A DNA stretch of 58,512 nt, filler included, from Ionaspis alba (Eukaryota), in NCBI GenBank assembly GCA_964255285.1. It is 7 parts of 7 records of this genome, joined end to end, with 100 filler letters (N's around TTAATTAATTAA, not from the genome) between each part and the next. Parts side by side here need not be neighbours in the genome. Positions count along the whole stretch, not along the records: positions 41,929 to 50,192 come from CAXUUL010000762.1; positions 50,293 to 58,512 come from CAXUUL010000763.1; 5 more parts are not named here. One strand, given 5' to 3'. A model generated the notes under the pieces. It had not been told where the DNA came from. It searched no databases and saw only the letters and a program-made list of their open reading frames with translations. The position numbers and the translations under genes are program-made. Shown piece by piece: positions 47,328 to 58,512 of the stretch (the stretch's first letter is position 1; every line of letters starts with the position of its first letter).

Positions 47328-49475
47328 TCAATACCAGCCCTCCCCCATATCAAACCGATGCTGCGGCATCTTACTCTTAACGGGCGGCAAATGGTTATGT
47401 TTCCTAACGACCACCTTCCCCATCTTACAAGCCCGACTCTTACTCGCATCAATCGCCCTGGCCTCGCCCTCGCCCTCGCCCTCCTCATGCGAGCAACACT
47501 CAATAGTCCGAACCCACCTATCCCCCAACACCGCATCGATACCAATCCTCTTCTCGGGGTCGGGATGCAGCATCTTCAACATCAAAGTCTTGATAGCCGG
47601 TTTGGGGAAATTCTGAAACAATTTGCCGCAGCCTGTGGGGAGATCGGTGGGGTCCGTGATGGTGCCTTCGGGGTGGGTGGCTTGGAATTTTTTCCAGGCG
47701 GAGACGTATTGTGCGTAGGAGGGTTGGGAGAGGGTGGCTTCGGTCCAGGCTTGGCCGTGGAAGTGCATGGTTATGAAGACGATGGCGCAGGACCAGACGT
47801 CGAGGGGGCGGGGGTCGTAGTCGCCTGTGGGAGAGGGAGAGGAGTTAGTTGTTGGGGTAGGATGGTTGGTGGGGAGAGGGACGGGGTTTGGCTTACCACT
47901 TCTTTCGAGGACTTCGGGAGCGATGTAGGGGAGACTGCCGCAGATGCCGGGAGCGCAACGACGGGTTTCTTTCATGTTCTTGCCGCATTCACCGCCTGCG
48001 CCTCTGAGGCCGGGATGTTCGCCGCAGAAGACCTCTGAGACGCCGAAGTCGGTGATCTTGAGGTGGCCGTCGTCGGTCATGAGTAAGTTCTCGAGCTTGA
48101 TATCCCGGTGCGCGATGCCATGTGCGTGAAGATATCCAACGCCGCGGAGTAATTGCTTCCACAGACAAAGATTGTCATCCAAGGTCAGATACCGTTTCTC
48201 AACTAGAGAGTAGAGTTCTCCTTGTGGACAATACTCCATGACGACATTCCACCGGCCGGCATGAGTGCATAACCTGATACTCTCGACAATATTGGGATGG
48301 TGGAGACTCTTGGCGATGGTGTACTCCGACTTAACCTTCTTGTCGTACTCTTCCTCATCCTCCATCAGTCCTCGTTTCCTAAACTCTTTGACGGCATAGA
48401 TCTCATCGCCGTGACCTTTCCGAGTCATGAGTTTCACAGTGGATGTAGCCCCTTTTCCCAAGAATTTTCCTCTCTTCAAAGGCATCTTGCTAGCACTTGT
48501 GAACTCTTTCTCCAACTCGATGCTATCGACGATGAAGTCATCAGGAAGACTCAAGCTCATCCGGCGAGCTTTGAGTCCAGCTCCTGTTTCAGCAGGCCGT
48601 GAGAAGCCGTCATGGAGGGGCATGCCAGGAATCCCCTTCATATCGGGTTGCATCTGCAGGTGGTTGACACTAGTCGATCTCTTCCTGACATGAGGATTTT
48701 GAGGTTTCGGGGTTTGTATGAACTTGATTTTGTTTTTCAAGCTGAGACCCGTCGACGATCTATTTGACTTTGTCAACGGCTGTTGTGAAGGTTCCCATCC
48801 ATTTGCGTTCACGGTATTCACCGTACTGCTTGGCGAACCCGGTGAAGGTGGTGTATTCGATCGTGTGGTATTTGGGGAGTGATTTGCGGACATTGACATG
48901 GAGGGCTGGCGCCGAGTTGGCGGTGGACCGCTGACTTCGAAGCCATTCTTTGCCCCGTTGTTGAAGAAGTTGGGATTCATCTGGTCGGAATTGGTGTTTG
49001 ATCTTCGGAAGAACGATCTCAAAGATTTCGAGGCGGACCGTTTAGGTTCAGGTGTGCTGGCATTTGGTGTCGAGGAAGGAGGTGGTTTGATCGCGAGTGA
49101 TGGTTCGTTCCGCGAGTCAGCTGGAGGTGGTGTTGCGGTTGTAGTGACGACAATAGGCTTTCCAGTAGCAGTATTCGATCGTAATAGACTTGGAGCAGTA
49201 CCGTCGCCGCCATGGTGAGAGAAATTAGGAGGGTGAGAGTCACTTGTAGGAGTGATGGCTTCTGTCGCTTCGCTGCTAGTTTCGTCCTCGTCTTCCTCGA
49301 CGATCAGAGGGTCGATCTGTCGTGGTTCTGGAAGAGTCAAGGAATGTTCCAAGTGAGGGGCAACATGGTTTGACATGGTTTGCTGCATTTGCCGATTCGA
49401 GATGTTCAAGCCTTCAAGATGTTGTGGAAGTGTCTGGTGCTCCACCCTGACGGATTGGGTCATGGAAGTCGACAT
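47328..49475 (-). CDS. HAL/PTK2-family Ser/Thr protein kinase
   Basis: GKGATSTV, YAVKEF, KVKSEYTIAKSLHHPNIV, HRDIKLEN, DFG, GSLPYIAPE. 72-nt intron 47825-47896. Long S/P-rich N-terminus. Confidence 0.9.
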   Translation of the reverse strand: MSTSMTQSVRVEHQTLPQHLEGLNISNRQMQQTMSNHVAPHLEHSLTLPEPRQIDPLIVEEDEDETSSEATEAITPTSDSHPPNFSHHGGDGTAPSLLRSNTATGKPIVVTTTATPPPADSRNEPSLAIKPPPSSTPNASTPEPKRSASKSLRSFFRRSNTNSDQMNPNFFNNGAKNGFEVSGPPPTRRQPSMSMSANHSPNTTRSNTPPSPGSPSSTVNTVNANGWEPSQQPLTKSNRSSTGLSLKNKIKFIQTPKPQNPHVRKRSTSVNHLQMQPDMKGIPGMPLHDGFSRPAETGAGLKARRMSLSLPDDFIVDSIELEKEFTSASKMPLKRGKFLGKGATSTVKLMTRKGHGDEIYAVKEFRKRGLMEDEEEYDKKVKSEYTIAKSLHHPNIVESIRLCTHAGRWNVVMEYCPQGELYSLVEKRYLTLDDNLCLWKQLLRGVGYLHAHGIAHRDIKLENLLMTDDGHLKITDFGVSEVFCGEHPGLRGAGGECGKNMKETRRCAPGICGSLPYIAPEVLERSGKPNPVPLPTNHPTPTTNSSPSPTGDYDPRPLDVWSCAIVFITMHFHGQAWTEATLSQPSYAQYVSAWKKFQATHPEGTITDPTDLPTGCGKLFQNFPKPAIKTLMLKMLHPDPEKRIGIDAVLGDRWVRTIECCSHEEGEGEGEARAIDASKSRACKMGKVVVRKHNHLPPVKSKMPQHRFDMGEGWY

Positions 49476-50292
49476 TGAATTGCTGCGAAAGAGTCAATCT
49501 TGTCAATGTACTCAGATTCGACTCTTGTCAATCGAGCAGGCTCCCCAGAAGAATAATAATAGACGGGGCAAATGATTCGGGCGCTCATGCACCAAGTTGT
49601 AATGCCCAGCCAGTAAGCTCCGATGGTGGGGTGCAGATCAAGCGCCACCAGTGGTGAAGGGCGGCGTCTTGCGCAATCGCTCAATTATAGTTGGCTATGA
49701 TATAAAGGTGGACTTGAGAGGCATGCGGTGGAAGTGATGGTAGCGTTGGAGAGTTGGAGAGTTGGATATAGGAGGAAGAGTAGGAAGAAGTGTTGAGGAA
49801 GGAGAGTGGAGCAGTTTTGGGATAGGGAAGATCCAGGGTTGGTAAGAATAGAACTGCGTTTTGCTGGTCAGTCCGCACTCGCAGCAAAGCAAGCAGTTGG
49901 CCGGCCCTTGCGACTTTTCCGTGTAAGTGCGCGTGGGTGTGTGATGGTACCAGCGAGGAAAAAGGAAAAATGTGGGGGTGGAATTGGGTGAGCCAGGGAG
50001 GGCAGGACGACGAATGGTAGGCGCTGAGGGCGCGCAAAGATGCCGGCGTGGATTTCGAGTCTAGGTGGTAGCTCCGGTTATGCTGTGCCGAGTGCAGTTC
50101 CAAGGGAAACAGGCACGGAAGAGGGAGGATGATAGAGAGTTCCTCGCTCATTTAAAGAAAAAGGTCCGAAAGGCCGTGAATGCTATTATTCTNNNNNNNN
50201 NNNNNNNNNNNNNNNNNNNNNNNNNNNNNNNNNNNNTTAATTAATTAANNNNNNNNNNNNNNNNNNNNNNNNNNNNNNNNNNNNNNNNNNNN

Positions 50293-51687
50293 TTCCGCAC
50301 TATCCCAATCGCTATCCTCGATGACTATCTCCAGTCTGGGGACTGGTATCGTGGCTCTTGTGATGTCTTCGGTCCGTGGAGCGAGGGAGACCTCCGACTC
50401 CAGGCTGGTCACAGACATCATGTCATCGTCGTCAAATCCACCAAGACTTCTAGCTTCATCTGCAAAGGGTTCGTCCAATATATCGATCGCACGCAGCCCC
50501 TCATCATCGAGGTCATCTTCTTCATCGTCGTCCAGATCATCCTCTGCAACAGTCTGTGCTGGCAAAATCTTTTTGCCCTTGGTGGCTTTGCTCTTGCGCT
50601 CTTTCGGTTTCTTCATCAACTTTGCCACTTCCTTCTCTCCGCGCATTCTTAGGCTCAACTCCTTGACCAGCTCAACCCATTGAAGATCTGTTCGACACCT
50701 AGGGCACTTTCCCGTAGATGGTATCATAATCCCCTGATTGTCTCCCTTAAGAAAGTCCTTGGAAAGACATGATATATGGAAGGCCGCCCGACAGTCTGAG
50801 CTGGGGCACACCAAGGTCGTACCTCCAGGTGTCTGGATCCTCTTGTTACAAACTGCGCAGTTGACCAACTCGTTCTCAGCAAGTATGAAGAGACTCTTCT
50901 CAACATGGTCTTTCAGTGGCAGATAATTGACATGAAGATTTCCGATTCTACTAGTCGTCGACTCCTTTTCACCAGTATCATTCACGCTATCTGATAGTGC
51001 GCGATCCTTGTCGACATTGACCTGGGCTTCTGGATTCGCATCTACAACGACTTTGATACTCCTGCCAAGATTAATATCAGCTTTCCCGGCGTAGCTCTGC
51101 CAGGCCAGATACACGTCTTCGGAGAAGAAGCGTACTTCCAATGGCCACCTTGCGAAGCTTGGCACTCGGAGTAGGAGATGCAGATTCGACAATTTGTCCA
51201 TGAGTGACATTCTTGGACGAGCAGGGCGCCGCCGAGGACGGCCAGACTTTGAAACCCTCGTGATAGTCTCACGTATCGTGATGCGTTGATCATCTGCAAT
51301 TCGCCGTGTAAGGTGGGTATTTTGCCACGCCCATCTGTGTTATAAATTTTTAGTACAGTAGGATATCAAAGCAGGAGTTGAAGGCATAGCACATGGAGAC
51401 AACATGAACTGATTGAGCGGATAGTTATGACTATATATTGATAGAGTGAAGACGTACTCAAATTGTAAAGCAGCAATATTCGATGGGAAACCAGTAACTA
51501 TACATGCCATCTCCCAAGGCCGCAAACTGCTCCGTGATGTTCGCACTGCACCCCCTTTTGAGATGCCATTGTGCTGGGCGAGTCTTCGCTTGGGATTTGG
51601 CGTTGAGCCGACATAGAGTGAGGAATGTCGGATGGTGGAACGAAGCAAATAGCAGCAGTAAAAGGCTGGTATCGGCCTCAGATCCAT
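50293..51687 (-). CDS. SLX1: Structure-specific endonuclease Slx1 (GIY-YIG + C-terminal RING/PHD-like finger); last codons lost at scaffold edge
   Basis: [44 protein letters not shown]-terminal CAVC..C..C..H..C..CPRC. Intron about 51335-51456. Confidence 0.94.
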
Positions 51688-52535
51688 TTCATCTCGGGTC
51701 CACGGTCATGGATATCATCATCATTATATCTTTGCAGCTTGTAGAATCTCAACCAAGGGCTGTTGTTTACACAAAGTGGTCTCGGCCCGAATGGGCCACA
51801 GGAGCCCTGGAAAAACGATGTTGCGGCTACCGACGTTCACATTTTATGATTGGATGCTTATGCAAGAGCGGCCATGGAACATGACACTTCTACATCTTGA
51901 TCGAGCTGCCGAAGAGGTCTGACCCACCGAACTCCCCTAAAGTGACTTTACGAAACTTTTCGCCTTGGTTCAACCAAATGACTGAGAATCCTGGAAACTA
52001 GAGAACTGGGTGTGTAGATTTCTGTAGCGCAGAGAAGCCTTGACTCCGGCATATCATCTCCAACTTTGTCCAGGATCATAGACAACATATGCCGATCTGA
52101 TGATGGTGCTTGGCATGCCTCCATTCACGATATCGCTTGAACCCAAGTCTTACTAGCTCCAAAACGCCCATTGCCCTCTTTCTCTCCCCCTCGCATTCCC
52201 ACTCGGGACACTCACCCATCTTGGATGACCCAGATTATGGTGAAGTCCCAGCACACCACCTCTGTCTCCTTGGGTTGTGCCAATCCCTGTCCTTCGTTCA
52301 ATACACCCTCACTGTGACGGTCACTCTTTTCTCTCCGTTCCGACCTGGGGGATCCGACGGTATCATATACGCCCGGTGTTCACTATCAGATCTCAGCTCT
52401 CCCTCTGGAACTCACTCTGTCGACATCGCATCGAGAAAATAGGCCTTCACGACTTCAAACGCATCCATGCAAGCGCACTACGGCAAACAGGACCTTGATT
52501 GTGCATTGAAGATATTTCCATAGCCTCACCCCGAG

Positions 52536-55500
52536 ATGGTCGCAACTCCATCTACTGGAGGCACGGCCTCTGCCACCACGACCATGCGCCCAACCCCGTC
52601 TATAGCTCCCGGTCAGCCTAATCCAACAATTGCCCCGTTATCGACCGGTTCGAACATATATCCTGTATATGCTCCGCACATTCCTTACAGTCTGCGAAAA
52701 GCACCCATACTGGATATGTCAACGGTGGAACGACGCGGGCATTCACATGCAGCAAGAGAGTCACATAAGAGAGTCCGTCCACATGGCTTGCAGGAGGCAC
52801 CATCTTTTCGACCTACAATGGAAGAATTTCACGATCCCATGGCATACTGTAGGAAAATTGCCCCACAAGCAGCAAAATATGGTATCTGCAAGGTCATCCC
52901 TCCGGACGGGTGGGACCCAGCATTTGCGATTGATACAGAGGTAGGGAGCAGGTCCACGAATTTTATTGCAGATTGGCGGCTTTATATAGCTTATCCGCGA
53001 CTATGGACAGCTACTGTTTGTGAGCTATATGGTACACATTAGCTGATTGGCCACTAGAAATTCCACTTCCGTACTCGTCGTCAGGAGCTCAACTCGGTAG
53101 AAGGAAGTGAGTTACATGCCTTTCCGAGATGTAATCTTAGGCATGTCTGACCTGATACTCGGAACCTTTAGGCACTCGAGCAAACCTTAATTATCTCGAA
53201 TCGCTCACAAGATTCCATCAACAGCAAGGAGTGAACCTCAATCGCTTTCCTAGCGTAGACAAACGACCATTGAATTTGTTCAGGCTGAAAAGAGCCGTCG
53301 AAACTCGTGGCGGCTTCACTAACGTGTGCAAGCTGAAGAAGTGGGCGGAGATTGGGCGCGATCTCGGATATAGTGGCAAGATCATGTCCTCGCTTTCGAC
53401 ATCGCTCAAGAATTCGTACCAGAAATGGTTAAATCCCTATGAAGAGTATTTGAAGCTTGCGAAGCCAGGTGTACAGCAGCATCGTGAATACGAATATGGT
53501 GGACCTTTCACGCCTTCGCCCGCCAACTCGCCCCTGAAACTTCCTAAGCAGCAAACGCCATCCAACTTTCGAGGCGATTCTCCAGCAAATCGTGCTTCGG
53601 CGGCGCTGAATCTATCTCTGAATGAATCTCAGGCACCAGAAAAGCCATCACCTATGGCTGAACAGCCACGCCCTGCTCACTCGTCTGGGTTTACCGCAGT
53701 CAATTCTGGCGGATTCACACCGGTGAATCTGACACCATCTTCATTCCATGCAGTCAACACATCGGCCCCTGCCATCAAATGGGAGGCAGCAAATGGAAAT
53801 TCGACACCTCCGCATTCTGGCGACAGTTCGGCCAACACGTCGAAAAACACACCAGAATATCAAGGATCCACTCTCTCAGTACAGCCGCTGAGCAATGGGT
53901 ATAGTTCCAATCTTCTCAAACGTACTGCAAGCCATGATAGTATAAACGGTGGATATTCTGGTAACGATTCTACGGCGAATGGCGATTCGGAGAGCCACAA
54001 TGCGCGTCGCAGCAAGAGACAGAAAAAAGGTGTGCCAAATTCCTAAACCCTTTACCAGAGTATGGTTGTGAGCCTTCTCACACCTTTGCATCACTTGAAC
54101 AACAATCTCAACGTCTCTGGACTGTTTACTGATGTTATTGTGTATGAGCAGCTCCTACAGTGGTAGGCTCTCACATGAGTCTTTTGCGTCCTCTAGTCCC
54201 AAGAGTTCTCGGCGAGCGCCGGAAGGGTAAAGCAGGAGAGGTATGCTCAATAAGTTAAGCCCATGCGCCGCAGTCACTGACTTCTATGCAGCGTTGTGAA
54301 AGCTGCGGTCACAATGACGAACGGACTAACCTAATAACATGCGATAGTTGTGATAATGCCTATCACCAGAATTGCCTCGACCCTCCTATCAAGGTCACCA
54401 ACAACGACTGGCATTGTCCGAAATGTCTTGTGGGTACTGGAGAGTTTGGGTTCGAAGAGGGTGGCATCTACAGCCTTCGTCAGTTTCAGGAAAAGGCTCA
54501 CAACTTCAAAGAAAGTTACTTTGGGCCCAAAATGCCTTTCGATCCGGTACTGAACTGCAAACGAGCTGTCACGGAAGACGATGTAGAGCGCGAGTTCTGG
54601 CGACTAGTCGAGAGCATCACAGAGACTGTAGAAGTTGAATATGGAGCCGACATCCATTCAACGACTCATGGCAGTGGCTTTCCAACCATAGAGAAAAATC
54701 CATTAGATGATTACTCGACAGATCCCTGGAACCTCAACATCTTGCCCTTGCATCCAGAATCTCTATTCCGACATATCAAATCAGACATCTCTGGTATGAC
54801 TGTCCCGTGGCTGTATGTCGGAATGTGCTTCTCTACGTTCTGCTGGCATAATGAGGATCATTATACATATTCCGCGAACTACCAGCACTTTGGTGCCACA
54901 AAGACCTGGTATGGTATTCCTGGGGCGGACGCGGAACGGTTCGAGAAAGCCATTAAAGAAGCCGTTCCGGAACTTTTCGAGCAGCAGCCTGATCTTCTTT
55001 TCCAACTTGTGACACTTTTGACGCCGGATCAGCTTAAGAAAGCGGGAGTCAATGTGTACGCGCTTGACCAAAGAGCCGGACAATTTGTCATCACATTCCC
55101 TCAGGCATATCATGCAGGCTTCAACCATGGATTCAACTTCAATGAAGCTGTCAATTTTGCGCCGCATGACTGGGAGCCATTTGGGGAGGCCGGAGTTGAG
55201 CGACTGCAAGAATTCAGGAGACAGCCGTGCTTTTCTCATGATGAACTCCTCATGACAGCTGCTTCCAGAGACACCAGTATCAAGACATCCAAATGGCTTG
55301 CACCAGCATTAGAGAGGATGCGGGATCGTGAATTGCAACAACGACAAGAGTTCGTCAGACGCCATTTGGACTACAATGACCATTACTGCAAAGTCGTGGA
55401 TGAACCTGGGGCGAAGTCAGACGTTCGTTGTGCGATGGGCTTCGAAAAGGATGATAAAGACTTGCCAGAGGAAGAGTATCAATGCAGCTACTGCAAAGCT

Positions 55501-58159
55501 TACAGCTACCTCTCTCGGTATCAGTGCCATAAGTCTGGCAAGATCATGTGCATGCTACATGCAGGTACATACGAGTGCTGCGACGCTGGAGAGGAGCAAC
55601 GTCATACGAGTTCTGACCACACCTTGCGGTACCGCTTCACGGATGATAGTCTCAAATCCACGGTTCAGAAAGTGATTGATCGGGCGCACTTGCCGGAAGC
55701 GTGGCAGGAGAAGCTGGACAAGGCTTTAGAGGATGAACCAACACCATCTCTAAAAGTGATGAGATCTCTCGTTAGCGAAGGAGAGCGAATACCATATGAG
55801 CTTCCAGGCCTAGCAGACCTCAAAGCATATGTGGAGCGGTGTAACGAATGGGTTGATGAAGCCACGAACTACATTACGCGAAAGCAACAGAACCGGCGCA
55901 AAAACGAAAAGGTGTGGCGAAAGGGCAATTCCGCTAAAGCTGCTGAAATGGAGGAACGCGACAAAGAACTTCGCAAAATTGAGAATATTCACAAACTTCT
56001 CAAACAAGCGGACAAACTGTCTTTTGACTGTCCGGAGATTACCACTCTTCGCGAACGCTCAGAAGCTATTGCCGAATTCCAGACAAACGCTCGTAGTGCT
56101 CTAGCAAATCTGGGAATACGCTCAACACAGGAAATGGAGGAACTCGCTGAATTAGGTAAAGGTTTCAACGTGGATATACCTGAAGTGGAGAAACTTGAGA
56201 AAGTTGTCAGGCAGATGAAATGGAATGACCAGGCACATGATATGCGCACTCAACTTGCGAGTTTGAGTGACGTTGGCACACTTATCGAACAGGCCGCCGA
56301 ACTCGGTATTCCGGAGAACAATGAGCATTTGCTGCACTTTCAGGAGCAAAAGTCGAAGGGTGAGCTTTGGGAGGCGAAAGCCAAAGAGCTCATAGGCGCA
56401 GAGACTGTCCACTATCAGCAACTCGATGCTCTTTCTAGCCAAGCCTCAACACTACCTGTCTCACGCGAAACCCTCGCGGCCATCGATGCCATCCTCACAA
56501 AGCAACGAGAGGCTCATCGTCAAATCATCTCAATGTATGAGAGGTCAAAAGACGAAGACTTCAGGAAGCGACCCAAGTACAAAGCTGTCCGTGAAGTCCT
56601 AGATTCACTTTCGGAGCTCAACAGCAAGCCAGCGGGTACGATCGATTTAGAGAAAGAGATCAAGCGCCATGAAGATTGGATGCGCAAGGGCAAGAAGCTT
56701 TTCGGAAAAGCCAATGCTCCTCTCCATATCCTTCACTCCCACATGATACTTGTGAGGGACCACAATGAGTACTGCCTCGACACCGACGACAAACCTAGGA
56801 TGCCTGTCGAGCCTGCCTCTCGAGAACAAACACCTGAAGAGTCGTCACAGGAGGTCAAGTCGGCAAGAGATGTGTTTTGTATATGTCGTCAGCCTGAAGC
56901 TGGGATGATGATTGAGTGCGAGCTCTGTCACGAATGGTACAACACTTTCCACCCAACCTTCCATAATTCTCATACTGATAGTGTATAGGTATCATGGCAA
57001 ATGCCTCAAGATCGCCCGCGGTAAAATCAAGGAAGACGATAAATACACTTGTCCAATCTGCGATCATCGAGTCAAGATACCACGTGATGCAGCTCGTCCA
57101 AAACTCGAAGAATTACAGGACTGGCAACTCGAAATCCCTACGCTTCCATTTCAACCAGAAGAAGAAGATACTCTACAAGAGGTCGTTGATTATGCTCAAG
57201 AGTTCAGAGAATTCATCCGACCATACACCAATCCAGTAATGGCAACACCAGATGAGGTAACCACTCAACGCTTCTACCTCCGCAAGATCGAAGGAGCCGA
57301 CATCTTGCTTGCTTTCGAAACCAATTTCTTTCGCCAAGCACTCCACAAATGGGCACCTGTCGCGCCCGAACCACCAGAAATCCTAGAGCACTCTCTATCA
57401 ACCCGCAAACCGCGTCCCACCAAACAACAAAAAATGATGGCCGCACTCGGCATCGACAACCCCGACGACCTCCCCCAACAATTCCGCACAAAACAACACA
57501 CCTTCAACAAATCGCGCAAATCCAGCGACTCCCACTCCACCAAAGCGCCTCAACCCCTTCAACCCGCACCGCAATTCGCCAACCGCTCCGCCACTCCCGG
57601 CAGCGGGCCCAACTCCGCTTCCACCAGCTCCGCACCGGCCTCTCGCGGCCCACTAAGCCACCGCATCCCCGGTCCTATCACAACCGGCCATCCGGACCCC
57701 ATGTACGGGGCTTTCTACCAGAACAACTCGCCACAGCAAGCCCAGATCCACAACGACTATTCCAACCCCTCCCCCACCTTCGGCTGGCAGAATCGACTCC
57801 CCGCCCACTCACACTCCCCAGGCCTCATGCACTCCCCCGTCTTCCGCACCATGTCCCCCCTCTCAGGCTCTGGCTCCGCCCCGCCAATCGATCCCGGCCT
57901 CTTCAGCCCCACAAACAATGCGTTTGCGGCTTCGGCGCTGCGTATGGTTTCAGGACCGGAAAGCGCGGGCGGCTTGGGAAGCCCGATACGCGATGATTTT
58001 GGACATGGCCCGCAGGAGAGTGGGATCGACAATATTTTTGCGGAGTATACGACTGAGGATGCAGAGGGGAGGGGGGAGGCGGCTGAGGCGTTGGAGTTGG
58101 GTCTTGAGGGGAGAGATGAAGAGGCGGAGAGGTTGGGGGAGGAGTTTTTGAATCATTGA
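52536..58159 (+). CDS. KDM5/JARID1 (Lid2/KdmB-like) H3K4 demethylase: JmjN, ARID, PHD, JmjC, C5HC2, PLU-1, PHD
   Basis: JmjN APSFRPTMEEF..GICKVIPP; ARID KKWAEIGRDLGY; JmjC FCWHNEDH..YHAGFNHG; PHD fingers. Five introns. Confidence 0.96.
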
Positions 58160-58512
58160 TGCTGATGGTCGGGGTGGGGTGAGTGAGATGGAGGGTGATG
58201 AGGGTGATTCCTTTTGTGCTTGGCGCGGTCTGTTGCTCGGAACGAGAGAGTGGACATTACCACATGACGAGATAACGGCAAGACTTGATTGCTCGAGTAT
58301 GGGCAGCTTTTCCATTTTTTTTGCAGGGGAGGCTTCTTGCTCTATTTTACTTGTATCTGTTGCTGGCTTTACTTTTGCATGACAAAAGCCGCGGGCTATA
58401 ATGTATTTGAGAACATTCACGGAGACATGTTTGCTGGGGGGTGCAATAGAGGTTCTTTTGTACTATAGACGACCTGGCTTGGGGATTGTGGTTGTGCAGG
58501 TTGGGTGGAATA

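Noticed and set aside
47825..47896. 72-nt in-frame intron in the kinase domain
   Set aside because: Canonical splice signals; the C-rich coding-strand composition explains the lack of stops, and retention would disrupt the kinase C-lobe.

Overview
Eukaryotic genomic DNA from a filamentous ascomycete (Pezizomycotina-type genes, short GT-AG introns with CTRAY branch points). The window is not one locus. It is seven unrelated ~8.3 kb scaffolds (1-8307, 8408-16701, 16802-25088, 25189-33464, 33565-41828, 41929-50192, 50293-end), ordered by decreasing length and joined by 100-nt N spacers carrying a TTAATTAATTAA all-frame stop linker, so synteny holds only within a block. Conserved genes: CLF1, eIF3h, a kynurenine formamidase-like hydrolase, an LtrA-family membrane protein, a cellular RdRP, an S10 carboxypeptidase, a MHYT protein, a DUG3-like amidotransferase, HOM2, HAS1, EMC4, AP-2 beta, class II chitin synthase, SSK1, a HAL/PTK2-family kinase, SLX1 and KDM5/Lid2. 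Most notable: (1) a predicted splice fusion of a WRKY/GCM1/FAR1-like (C..C..HxH) DNA-binding domain to an omega-like Cys-GST, with a possible short GST-only isoform, a candidate glutathione/redox-sensing transcription factor; (2) an RdRP locus preceded by a ~20-bp-phased TCGCGAA array and a multi-hairpin element, and followed by two ~165-bp LTRs and a broken dynamin/Mx-like gene; (3) a decayed C2H2-array + DEDDh exonuclease gene; (4) a PD-(D/E)XK-like orphan gene with RKSPRL repeats; (5) repeated strand-symmetric CA-rich to GT-rich composition switches. All calls come from reading the sequence; no searches were run.
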